From: Octopus bimaculoides
Taxonomy: Eukaryota
NCBI RefSeq assembly: GCF_001194135.2
Contig: NC_068982.1
Coordinates: 150,373,183 to 150,437,182, forward strand
DNA length: 64,000 nucleotides
Reading direction: 5' to 3'
The notes beneath the pieces are model-generated. The model was not told the DNA's origin and did not search any database. It worked only from the letters and a program-made list of their open reading frames with translations. Shown here piece by piece: positions 1 to 11,187 of the stretch; within the stretch, counting starts at the first letter, position 1; each line of letters begins with the position of its first letter. Made by a program: the position numbers and the translations under genes.

Positions 1-657
1 ACCCGTGGCCTTTACCAGGGGCGTAACCAGCCCACTTATGCATACTTTTCCTTCAATGGACACAAATCCCTGCTTGCGAAGACTTGCTGTGGCAAGTGAA
101 ATCGAAATCGAACCAAATTCGACGACCGGCACAAATGCCAAACTCCCTTCATTGGACATTAAACTCTGCTTGCAAAGACCTGTTGGGGCAAGTGAAGTCG
201 TAACTGAACCAAATTCGATGACTGGCACCCATGCCAGTGGAGCCCTAACAGCATCATCCAAGCGGGATCACTACCAGAGCAGCAGTCTGGCTTCCATGCT
301 GATGGCATGTAAAATGTATCATTTGAGCATGATCGTTACCAGCGTCGCCTTACTGGTACTTGTGCCGGTGGCATGCGAACAAAACATTTGAGCGAGGTCG
401 TTGCCAGCACTTCTGGACTGACTCCTGTCCAGGTGGCATCTAAAAACACCAGTTGAGCGTGGCCGTTGCCAGTACCGCCAGACTGGCACATAAAAGCATC
501 CACTACACTCTCGGAGTGGTTGGCACTAGGAAGAGCATCCTGCTGTAGAAACTCTGCCAGATCAGATTGGAGCCTGGTGCAGCCATATGGTTCGCCAGTC
601 CTCAGTCAAATCGTCCAACCCATGCTAGCATGGAAAGCAGACGTTAAACGGTGATGA
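1..657 (+). mobile_element. RTE-LINE 3' end / RTE-tailed SINE-like repeat with internal tandem subrepeats
   Basis: Internal direct repeats (cttgcgaagacttgctgtggcaagtgaa / cttgcaaagacctgttggggcaagtgaa) are followed by the tail motif ggcactaggaagagcatcc...catgctagcatggaaagcagacgttaaac, which recurs many times in this window. At 55440-55950 the same tail follows an RTE C-terminal coding remnant. Confidence 0.75.
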
Positions 658-1774
658 ATATAATACAATGTTACATAGAGGAATGCAATTTAGAATTGAA
701 TATTTTTCTTATCCAGTGTAATTTCGTATACCCTCTATTTTTTTTTTAAGTTATGGTTTACAGAAAACTGGACTTTTGTTTCTAGTAGACAGAGTGATTA
801 TGTCCTCGTCGACGAATGTCAAGGTGTAGAACCTAAAACGTGTACTGATTCATAATCTTCACACCAATTGATAGTGAATATAGCAGTAAACAACTTTGAA
901 ATCTTGAAATTTGTCCTATATCAATTTCTAACATTGCTCAGTGTTTTTTAATGAAAATAAAAATCACAAAATAACTATGAATTATAGAGAAAAATGTGAT
1001 GTATGGCATAAGTATTAGAACTTTTCATGCATACAGATAAACGTTTAAATTAAAGCATATGGGAAATAACTCTAGTAAAAAAGGAAGTAACTCTGTCGTT
1101 TTGTGGACAAAAATATCTTAGTTCTACTTCCGTAGTTTGCAAGTCAAAACCACACAGCAAATGAAGAGGATATTTAGGAGAATATCCCCGCCATAGTTTT
1201 TCCAACCTTCCATTTCTTCAATCAGACATGAAAATTTTACTTCATAACAGAATTCTGATTCATTTATGTCACATCGCTTAAACATCTTATTTTGTTCATT
1301 CTCTTTAAGATTTTATTTTTAATTTTTCCTTTGTTAAATCAATCTATTTCGGAATTTTCTGTCTTAATTTTAATTTAAACATATACACTTGTAAGCCGTT
1401 TTAGTTTTAGTTACACTGCTATAAATTTCGAGTTCTATGAACAAATTAGTCAGAGTAAATAGCAGAGGTATTTTACTAAACTGCATCACCAACGATAGCA
1501 GAGGTGAAATTCAAGAGGGAATGTAGCCCACTACCCATTTTAGATTGAGAATATTGAACTGGAGGAACAAACCAATACATTTATTAGTGCAACTCGTAGC
1601 CATATATTGTACATAAAACTGCGTTTAGTTGTTACTCGTGTCACAATGTTTTGGTTTTACTAAAGGTTTTATATCTTTTCAAATGAACATGCAAGGGTAG
1701 CCCGAAAAGTTCATTGGCTATGAAGGAGTGATGCTGCAAAAACTTGCATGCATTCATTTCAAATCTTGAAATTA

Positions 1775-1776
<2 letters not shown>

Positions 1777-1818
<42 letters not shown>
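1777..1818. repeat. (TA)n microsatellite
   Basis: Directly visible. Confidence 0.95.
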
Positions 1819-1821
<3 letters not shown>

Positions 1822-1849
1822 CATTGTTTCTTTGTAAGTAAACTGATAT

Positions 1850-2900
1850 ATGACTGTTCAAAGACTTCAAAATTAACTAGAAGCAACCCCTCTTGAAAAT
1901 GGACACAATATAGAATTGTGGTGTTATCAAGTACCTGCAGGGAAAAGGTTTTGCTCCCAACGACATTCACTGACGTGGTTGCTCCATTATGGGATGACAC
2001 TCTAGTTTTATTATTAACAGTGCAAAAGAGGGCAGCTGAATTTAAGAGGGAAAGGTAGTCTTGAAGATGACCCAAGGTCCGGACATCCTGCAATTGCCAC
2101 TACCAAGAAAAACAATGATCGTGTTCAGTGATGGATGACAGACAACTGACTATAAATCAAGTTGTCAATGATATTAGCATATCCCATTAGATATTTGTGT
2201 ATATTCTGTGCAATGGACTTAACTTGATAGTTTCTGCTCAGTGTGCACCACATCATCTGAGACCTGATCAAAAGTACATCAGATTGATCACATCATGGGG
2301 AAAATGTGACATTGCTTGAAGCAGAGCCAACAGGTTTCCTTGAATGTATCCTAACACAAAATGTGTGTTGCATTCATCACTTTGAGCCAAAAAAGAGACA
2401 CACATGCAGTAGAAACACCCCTCCTCACCTGCTCCAAAAAAGGCCCTCACTTCCATCTGCAGGCAAGATGACAGCCTGCTTTTGGGGGTACAAAAGGCAT
2501 TGTGCTTATTGACCATCTTCAAAAGGGAGCAAACAATAAATGGAGAGTACTATGCCAACCTTCTGAGGCAGTTATGAAGAGCTGTCAAGACCAAATGCCC
2601 AAGAAAACTGACAAAATAGGTCTTGTTTCAGCAAGACAATACTCTAACATTCAAGTCCTTGGTTTCAGTGGCTGCTATGCTTAACTATGGCTTTGAACTG
2701 ATTAATCACCCACCCTATTCTCCTGGTTTGGCCAAATGTGCCCATCATCTATTCCCCCAACATGAAAAAACACTTGGCTGAGAATCAGTATCGTAATGAT
2801 GATGATGATGTCATATCTGCTGTTGATAACTTTTTTTACAATAGGATGAAAGCTTCTTCAATAGGATCCAAGCGCTGCAGTACCAATATCTTTGAACCTA
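1850..2900 (+). mobile_element. Degenerate mariner transposase remnant (Hsmar2/irritans-like)
   Basis: Broken reading frames resemble the mariner N-terminus (VIKYLQGKGFAPNDIH...AAEFKR...LEDDPRSG) and the downstream HPPYSP..A motif (caccaccctattctcctggtttggcc). Many stops and frameshifts. Boundaries approximate. Confidence 0.8.
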
Positions 2901-3346
2901 TTAGAAGACAACTTTCTGTATATGACCTCATGTTATGTAAGGGTGGAGTTTCATTAAAAAGTATGACTCAGACATTATATACGGCACAACAGTTTTGAGG
3001 AGTAGGCACAACAGTTTTGAGGAGTAATCGTAAGTTAATGATATTTACCATGAAACTGTGGGATGATTTAAATCCGAACACATTATATACAGGATAGATT
3101 AGATTGTATTCCATGTGTAAAAAGTAAAATCAATGTTTTCAAGTTTTATCAGAAGACATAGACCAACACCCACGTCAGGACTTCATGTGACTGCTGAGAG
3201 CAAGGATAAAACTTATCCCCAGACAGAATTGGCTACTAAAAGTATTCCAGAACCATGTGATGGTATTAAACTGGACAACAGATCGAGTCAATTAACCTGT
3301 CCAAATACTTTCATTATTTCCATAGTCACTACTAGATAAATATCTA

Positions 3347-4157
3347 CAGGGTGGCTCAAAAGCAGGTTTACCGTTATCACGTAGGCACTTTAAATTTCTT
3401 TTAAAACATTTTATTACATTTAAATTTCTAACTAACAATCGTATCATGTGCATATTAAACAATGTTTAATCTCTCAGATGTCCTCCTTCAACATTGAAGC
3501 AAGCCTCATCTGATGAGATGGTCTTGTCCAGATAGTCTGGTTGCTCATTAGCAATTTGGTCACATCTTTTCACAGAATTGCAGCCAGCAATCTGGGTCAT
3601 CCTCCAAAAGACCATGTACCAGTCGTAGATAGAAAGGTTTTAATTTCAGCTTATGCATTAGGCATTGCAATGTTTTCTGTATGGATAGTTCTAGAGAAGC
3701 ATGTTGTGTAGACTTCTTTGGACTGTTCACAAATGTCATAGCCACTAATATCTCATTTCTTTCAGTCACACAAGTCTTAGGGTGTCCAGATTTTGACACA
3801 TTACTCACTGAACTTCTGGTATCAAATTTATTTCTTATCCGATAAATTATCTGGCGTGAAGGTGGAGTGTGAAAGGCTTCTGGCCATGTTGTGTACACCT
3901 GCTCAGCATTTTCAGACTTCCAATACTGCTTTAGTATCCACTTTCTTGGCTCTTGATTTAAATTATTTGCCATGGCTGACACTTTATAGTACCTGAACAA
4001 AATAACAATTACAAACTAAAAAGGGAGCTTGAAAAAATTAACTAAATTAGCATAGAATAATGGTCTCATACTGTTTTATAATTAAGATCTTAACTGTTAA
4101 TATATGAATGCGAAGGAGATAGTTGAATAACTGTAAACCTACTTTTGGGCCACCCCA
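3347..4157 (-). mobile_element. Internally deleted Tc1/mariner-superfamily DNA transposon with TIRs and TA TSD
   Basis: Left end ta|cagggtggctcaaaagcaggtttac and right end gtaaacctacttttgggccacccca|ta are imperfect inverted repeats. ORF 3560-4000 (RKWILKQYWKSENA...IIYRIRNKF...SGHPKT...SPKKSTQHASLEL) resembles the HTH region of Tc1-like transposases; no catalytic domain is present. Confidence 0.85.
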
Positions 4158-4729
4158 TAAGTAGCAGCCACTGACAACCTTCTAGAGAAAGAGACGAAAT
4201 GATGAAAGAAATTAAAATATAGAAAAGATTATTTTCATGAACACTAACTTATATTGATGCTGAACAATAAAAACTTTAAGGCTAATTTCGTTCATTATTC
4301 TCCATTAAAAAAGGATAACACTAATCCAGTCTGTGAACAGAGATTTCACCTTTTCCTATGTACATTCCCCTTCTTACATGGGACAAACGTTTAAACCAAA
4401 ATTACAATAAGGGGGACAACTCTTCATCCGTTATACTTTAGCGCGGAAATAGTTTTGGCTAGACTCGAAATGTTACCAAGTGACAAATGAAAAGCGTTGA
4501 GTTATCTTGCGTCCATTTACCTGCTGCATTAAATATTAAAACTTAATAATCATCTCCCAGTGTTCATTATAGTGATACAAGCATTCAGCCTCATTCTGAC
4601 CGTATACATTTTCTTTGCAAGGCGGCGAGCTGGCAGAAATGTTAGCGTGCCAAGCAAAATGCCTTATCAGGCACCTTTTAATCCTAGAGGATTCTTTATT
4701 GGGCCTTGGACCCATCATGTATTGAGCAC

Positions 4730-5830
4730 ATATTAAATTCTATTAGATTTGACATTTTTCAAGCAATGAACAATTTTTATCAGCTTATGCAAATTGGATC
4801 TTATTGCAAAACTCCATTCAGGAATTTAATACAATTCTTTCCTAACCTTTTTTCTGTGGATATTTTCAACCATCACAACTGCCAATATACACCATTCAGA
4901 CTTCACCACCAGTTTTTTTTTTACATCACTTACTATCCACCAATTGTCCCAGACTGCTTCAGCTACCACCACCTCAATCACAACCATCAATCTACTACTG
5001 CCACAATTACTCTCACCCCAACATGAATAGTGAGAGCAGGAAGTCAAATTAGTTTTTCGCATTTATCATAGTTATGCATTTTTCTGAAAAGGCTACGCAA
5101 TATGGGTTACCTTCACAACCACTACAATAGTACTTTTAGGGATATATTGTCTAAATATTAGGCGACCCCTCCATGATACCAAAGTTCTGTTAACAACAAC
5201 TATTTCTTCTAGAATGTAGATCTCCATGTAATTATTCTTCGAAACATCAATCAATGGGTGAATCTTAGCTAGTCTGTCATCTCTTGTCTGTTTGTTCATT
5301 ATCTGAAAAACGAAAAGTTTAGGAAGTTGAAACCAGTTTCTAGACTGTTTTCCATTCACAGATTGTCTGTCCAGTATTCATGTGTAGCCCCTTTTATTCA
5401 ATTCCATCCATAACAGTAAACTCGGGAATATCTTCACTTCTTATGCAGTTGTTTAGATGTTTATTTACTATGGGCTTTGGTTTTATTTTAGCGTTTTGTT
5501 GATTTATCTTTTCTTGCGCAGTAAATAAGTAAATAAGTTTAACAGCCAAATCAAGTATTTTATCATTTACAAAGTGAAAATTTTTATCAGGTTGCAGGTG
5601 TTTGAGCATCATTTATTCCTATAAATGGAAATACTCTTTGTCTATTATTAAAGGGAGTCAAATTTGGCATGGCATCTGAAGCACTTACATCTGGAAGATC
5701 ATTCTCACCCACCTCTTTCACCTTCAAAAATATGATTAACTATTCATTCAAATCTTAGACATCACCCATCAACTTCAGATCTTGCCATCAGAATAATCAT
5801 CACTTCCACATTCTTCGTAATTTTCTCTTT
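4730..5830 (-). mobile_element. Degenerate piggyBac (PGBD-like) transposase remnant
   Basis: ORF 5093-5359 reads DDRLAKIHPLID...LVSWRGRLIFRQYIP, the piggyBac DDE-domain signature. An acidic N-terminal remnant lies near 5760-5820. Boundaries approximate. Confidence 0.75.
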
Positions 5831-6107
5831 TGTTAATTTTTTAAAGTTAACATTTTTTCTTCCAACAGTAATAAAATAGAATTTGTTAGTAAGTAAATCT
5901 GGAAAATAATACAAATGAAATAAGCATATTTGTATATACTAATAATTATTTGACGTTTTTACACAAAGAGGATTGTGTATCATCAATACCAGTATTAAGT
6001 ATCAATACCAACTACTGATAAAAAAATTTGTAAAATCTTCGGTATGTTGAACTGTCCAGCCCTGTGTTTACAAGTATAGGTTTTTGTCAGTCTTCCAAAT
6101 CTACTCA

Positions 6108-6206
6108 AGAGAACTCAGACATCCAAGAAAGGAAGGTGACCTTCACAGAACACATCTCGGGTGGAAACCGCGAACAAATATGTTCAATACATCATCATTG
6201 TTCTCT
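6108..6206 (-). ncRNA. SNORD14: U14 box C/D snoRNA, copy 1
   Basis: Minus strand reads agagaac-a-ATGATGA(box C)...TTCGCGGTTTCCACC(domain A)...CCTTTCTTGGATGT-CTGA(box D)-gttctct, with a 7-bp terminal stem. Both antisense elements match those of vertebrate U14 (CATTCGCAGTTTCCACC; CCTTCCTTGGATGTCTGA). By the D+5 rule the guide targets the C in 18S ACAU[C]CAAG (human Cm462 / yeast Cm414). Confidence 0.93.
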
Positions 6207-6671
6207 GAAGCATCAAAAGCTGGGTTAAGAGGTCAGAATGACAAAATTAGCGTATGATATATCCTTAATAACTGTGTAAACGTCCTATACATGAATAAGT
6301 GTGAGCCATGAAATAGTACTGGTGTTATATTAAAAACACCTAGTACAGTGTTGATATGAGGAAGGGCATCCAGCTATAAAAACCAAGCCAAAACAGACAA
6401 TGGAACCTAAAGCACTCCCTGTCCCTGCTAGTTTATGTGAAGCCATTTAACCCATGCCAGCATGGAAAACTGACACGAAAAGTTGATAAACAATTTTGAA
6501 ACTTCTTAATGAATAAATGAGATGTTGATAGTGGATATGAATACTGTAAGCTTCAAAAAGCTTGTCATGCCAGAATTCAGCTAATGTATTCAACATTGTT
6601 TACAGCAATCAAACTTTACCAGTTAAAAGAAAATGAATGGTCAAATGAGTATAGCATCAGACTGCTGCAGA

Positions 6672-6770
6672 AGAGAACTCAGACATCCAAGAAAGGAAGG
6701 TGACCTTCACAGAATACATCTCTGGTGGAAACCGCGAACAAATATGTTCAATACATCATCATTGTTCTCT
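6672..6770 (-). ncRNA. SNORD14: U14 box C/D snoRNA, copy 2
   Basis: Same boxes, terminal stem and both 18S-antisense elements as copy 1; differs only in the central variable region. Confidence 0.93.
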
Positions 6771-7076
6771 GGAACATCAAAAGCTGGGTTAAGAAGCCAG
6801 AATGACAAAATTAGCGAATGATATATCCTTAATAATTGTGTAAACGTCCTATACATGAATGGGTGTGAGCCATGAAGTACTGGTGAAGTACAGTGGAGTT
6901 GATATTAGGAAAGGCATCCAGCTATAGAAATAGATGGAACCTAAAGCACCCACTGGCCCTGCTAATTTGTTAAGCCAGCATGGAAAGCAGACACCAAAAG
7001 TTGATAAATGATACATACATTTATCGAAACCACATTAAAGTGAATCACTGAATTTTGACATACTAGGTGTCATCTT

Positions 7077-9146
7077 TTAACCTTTTCATTACCAAACCAC
7101 CCAAAAACATTTTGGTTATGACCAAGGCAAAAACCAGCCATAATCGCATTCATATTTAAATAAGAATATCAGGGCAAATCTCAGTACATTCATGAAAACA
7201 CGTGATTATACTGTGTAAACAGTTCAGCTACAGTTTTGTACAACAATCGACCTGTTATTTTAATTGTGAATTTTGAGAGATTTTTTTTTCCAAATTTGCT
7301 CCTGTTGTGTTTTCAAAATTTGCAATTCTGACCAAAAAATGGATACGAATTTCATTGTCAAGCAGCGAGTCAGAATTTGAAGGACTTTCCACTGAAGACC
7401 TTGATAAATCTAACTCTAACTGAAAAAACAAAAAAGCATGTGGTATTTGATAATGAATGTTTCATTTCCCGAAAGTGAAAGCAGTGAATCCGAGAGCTCC
7501 AATGACAGCGATAAAGAAAATAAATTGGTACCTGAATGGAATAAATTTAAAAACGCTTTCTTTCAGTGATTTTTCTGAAAGAAACTGGACCAAGTCTTTC
7601 CCAGGAGAGCAAAGCTTTGGACTATTTCTTTTTACTTCTTCCTATGTACCTATTTGAAATAATTATGGTGGACAGTTACGCTGAAAGTAAACTAAGTGTA
7701 AAAAAGGATAGTTTGTGGTTTCCCACAAGCTTAAATGAAATTAAGGCATATTTTGCAATAAATTATGGGCATCAGAAAGTTACCCAAAATTACTGGAATA
7801 GTGATGAACCCTTTGGAGACAAATGTCTCGAGTATCATGACAAGGACGTGATTTTTGAAATTGATTCAATATTTACAGGAGACACGTGGAGAAACAAATT
7901 TTGATCCCTTATTTAAGATAAGGCCCCTCATTGACTGTGTTCAAAACATACAAAACAGTTTATAAACCAGGGAGATATCTATTGATGATGGTATGGTGGG
8001 CTATAAAGGTGGAGTGCGTTTTTGACAATATATGCCAAGAAAGCCCACAAAATGGGGGAGGGTCAATGTTTGGAAGAATTGTGAATCAAATACTGGGTAC
8101 TGCTCTGGATTTGAATTTTATACTGGAAAAAAGAGACAATTATGTCAGTCAGCACGGCCACATGTGGATGAAAATGGCACGCCATTTGTGAACATGGGTG
8201 GTGTACACTGGCTGAATCACATGTCTTATCCAGTTGGCAGACCGGAGATGGCAATATCTCATTTGATATATAAATGAGTAATACCATATGCTATCGCTCG
8301 AAAGCGATGCAACCATCTGCAGTTCTGAGCAGATACAGCAACACAACTAAGAGCTGGTTAATCCTCAAAAAAAATAACTGTAGGTAGAAAAAGCAAAGCC
8401 TGCCAGAGTGATATCCTACTGAATTCAGCTGGTCTCCATAAATTAGAAAGAAAAAAGAAAAAAAATCGAGGGTCGCAAAAGCCTTCATCAAAAAAGGAAA
8501 GCTCCTGTTGAAACAACTTTCCAATGTGCATTCTGCAAGGTTGCATTATGTAGAGCAGGGTGCTTTACAAGTTTTCATGATAGGAATATTGTTTGATTTG
8601 TATATATGTGATTTGATTTAATATTTTCAAAAATTTACTTGGCTTTAATTTTTGTTTAATTTTAATTTACTTGTTATTGTAATTTACCTGTAAAGTGAGT
8701 GACAAATTGATTAATTTTTTTTGTAAATCATTATTGTATATTTGTGTATGTGGGAGAGCTTATTTAATCTCGTTCATGGTGTGTATTTTGTTTTCTAGTT
8801 TTCTTCATACCTTTATGGTGCACCTGTTTTGTGGTTAAATTTACCTGATGAATCCAGTATTGTGCACAACTCTTCTATAGTAAAATTTTGTTGTATACCC
8901 AATTGAATATTAGCTAATAACCCATGTTCTATATCAATGTTTGAACAAAGATTTTAATAATTTTATATTTTGTTGAATTTACCTGTAATTAGTCACTTTG
9001 TGACAAAAATTATGGTATAGAATTGGTAGAGAACCTTTTCATTAAATTATCTTCCAGAAATCACATAAATATGCTGATAAATAAAAAAGAGAGTTGTTTA
9101 ATGAAACCAGACTAAATTTATGATTATGTTAGAAATTAATTGAAAC
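7077..9146 (+). mobile_element. Degenerate piggyBac element (PGBD4-like), right end truncated
   Basis: Begins ttaa-ccttttcattacc. Coding remnants include an acidic N-terminus, the RQYMPRKPTKWG.VNVWKNCESNTGYC motif (8020-8110) and a C-terminal Cys-rich QCAFCKVALCRAGCFTSFH (~8522-8578). No right TIR found. Confidence 0.85.
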
Positions 9147-9157
9147 AAATCTACTCA

Positions 9158-9253
9158 AGAGAACTCAGACATCCAAGAAAGGAAGGTGACCTTCACAGAA
9201 CACGTCTCGGGTGGAAACCACGAATAAATATTTTCAACACATCATTGTTCTCT
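9158..9253 (-). pseudogene. SNORD14: U14 snoRNA copy 3, probably decaying
   Basis: Clear U14 homolog, but a 3-nt deletion changes box C to ATGATGT and domain A reads TTCGTGGTTTCC. Box D and its guide are intact. Confidence 0.75.
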
Positions 9254-9618
9254 GAAGCATCAAAAGCTGGGTTAAGGTCAAAATGACAAAATTAGCATAT
9301 GATATATCCTTAATAATTGTGTAAACATTCTATACATGAATGGGTGTGAGCCATGAAAAAGTACTGGTGTTACATTAAAAGCAGCTAGTAGAGTGGAGTT
9401 GATATTAGGAAGGGCATCCAGCTATAAAAACCAAGCCAAAACAGACGATGGAACCTAAAGCATTCCCTGGCCCTGCTAGTTTATGTTTAGCCATTTAACC
9501 CGTGCCAGCATGGAAAATGGACACGAAAAATTGATAATGGTTACTTTCGCATCAAGATTTCTCTAAGCCAGGCTAAAGTGAATCACTGAATTTTGACATA
9601 CTAGGTGTCATCTGTTAC

Positions 9619-9647
9619 CGTAGGTTCTTAGTATAGATGTAATTCAG
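9619..9647 (-). other. Candidate 29-nt micro-exon between U14 copies 4 and 3
   Basis: attgttttacAG|ctgaattacatctatactaagaacctacg|GTaaca. Confidence 0.4.
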
Positions 9648-9828
9648 CTGTAAAACAATTTTGATACTTCTTAATGAATAAATGAGATGTGGATGTGAAA
9701 ACTAAGCTTTAAAAGGCTTGTCATGCCAGAATTCAGCTAATGTATTCAACATTGTTTACAGCAATCAAACTTTACCAGTTAAAAGAAAATGAATGGTCAA
9801 ATGAGTATAGCATCAGACTGCTGCAGAA

Positions 9829-9925
9829 GAGAACTCAGACATCCAAGAAAGGAAGGTGACCTTCACAGAATACATCTCTGGTGGAAACCGCGAACAAATA
9901 TGTTCAATACATCATCATTGTTCTC
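9829..9925 (-). ncRNA. SNORD14: U14 box C/D snoRNA, copy 4
   Basis: Intact box C, box D, domain A and D-box guide; gagaac/gttctc terminal stem. Confidence 0.92.
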
Positions 9926-10374
9926 AGCATGAAAGCAGCAACAGAAATAGTTACAGCAATGAACACTGGTCTATCATAGTGAAATATGAAGTGACCAACA
10001 ATAGATCATCATAATAATGCTAGTGGCATTTAGTCATAATTGAGATATAACAGCAACATCCTTTTTGTGTCTATGCGAAAGTAGTGAATTCATGTTCTCA
10101 CAAGAATGGACAATAATATTTTGTTTACCCTCTGTGGGAGATAATCTGGACAGTCAAGAAACGAACCACATACATCAAGTTAACTTCACACAGATACACT
10201 TTTTATGTAATAGAATAACTATAGCATACTATGAAGGCAAGATAATAGCCTAGTGAAAAATAAATGTGCACAAAATCAGTCAGATATCTTAAGTAACAAA
10301 TACAAGTTACTGTAGTGCTGTTCACAGTACTTGTACATATATCACACTTTCATATATTAAAGCTCAACTTTACA

Positions 10375-10440
10375 CCAATCAGATAAATCAAGTCTCCACA
10401 GAAGTTTCAGAACAGGTCTGTGAGATTATCATCATGTTGG
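10375..10440 (-). ncRNA. SNORD25: U25/snR56-family box C/D snoRNA (guide for 18S Gm, human G1490 / yeast G1428)
   Basis: Minus strand reads ccaac-ATGATGA-taatc-TCACAGACCTGTT-CTGA(D')-aacttct-GTGGAGA(C'-like)-cttgatttat-CTGA-ttgg, with a ccaa/ttgg terminal stem. The 13-nt element is complementary to the conserved 18S AACAGGUCUGUGA. The layout matches human U25 as I recall it (TTCACAGACCTGTACTGA...GTGAGGA). Confidence 0.88.
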
Positions 10441-11187
10441 AAAAACCAGTACTAACACAAGCATGAATTTTGGGCATCTAGTGTACATTATTTGTGTATT
10501 TCAATAATTATAATGAAGAGTCAATGACACAAAACTAGAAAGCTTTAACCACCCACATGTCAATGAACATAAACCAACACAGTTAACCAACATGAATACT
10601 GTTCATAGTATTGTAAATAGAAACTAACCAAAACTCAAGAGAACAAACATTGTGAAAGATAAGAATTCAGACAATCAAGAAAGGATTTCAACAAATCCAT
10701 CATGAATTTAACCGAAATATTACTATGGCATAACTTTTTTACATGCACTTTGTTAATATTCATGAAGGAGGAATGCATTTCCCGTTTTAAGCGAAACGCA
10801 GTATTGTTTAAAAAAACTATACACCAGCCTTCATTGTCATGATCCAAATCAGTTTTTCTGTCCTGTATAAGACGATATCTTTGTAAGATTCTAGTTGGAT
10901 TATTTGCCAGCAACCAAAGCACAGAACAAGCTATTTTTATTCAGAGGATTATTAAGACATTTAGGTGTAAGATTCTAATTCTAGTTATATTCTAATTAAA
11001 ATGAGACTATTTCAAATTGTTTCATTTCAGATCCACTCTAAATAGCATCTTAATATGACCTTCATTGCAAGCATAACATCACACAGATCTAAATCCAACT
11101 ACTGAAAACTTACTACAGAAACACATTAGAAAAGCTTTCTCAATAGAAGTCTACCTCTACAAAATAGATTATCGATTAACAGCATTT

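Noticed and set aside
5-391. 128-aa ORF with internal repeat
   Set aside because: It lies in the tandem subrepeats of an RTE 3' region and has no recognisable domain.
2965-3030. tcagacatt D-box-like motif followed by a 22-bp tandem duplication (ggcacaacagttttgaggagta x2)
   Set aside because: No box C at a suitable distance and no target recognised. It looks like a simple slippage duplication.
6633-6821. 62-aa plus-strand ORF spanning the repeated unit (RRELRHPRKEGDLHR...)
   Set aside because: It is the antisense reading of U14 copy 2. The repeat is explained by C/D boxes and rRNA complementarity on the minus strand.
11015-11085. Second C/D-like pattern (GTGATGT...CTGA) on the minus strand
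   Set aside because: Box C is imperfect, there is no terminal stem or target, and it overlaps a candidate exon.
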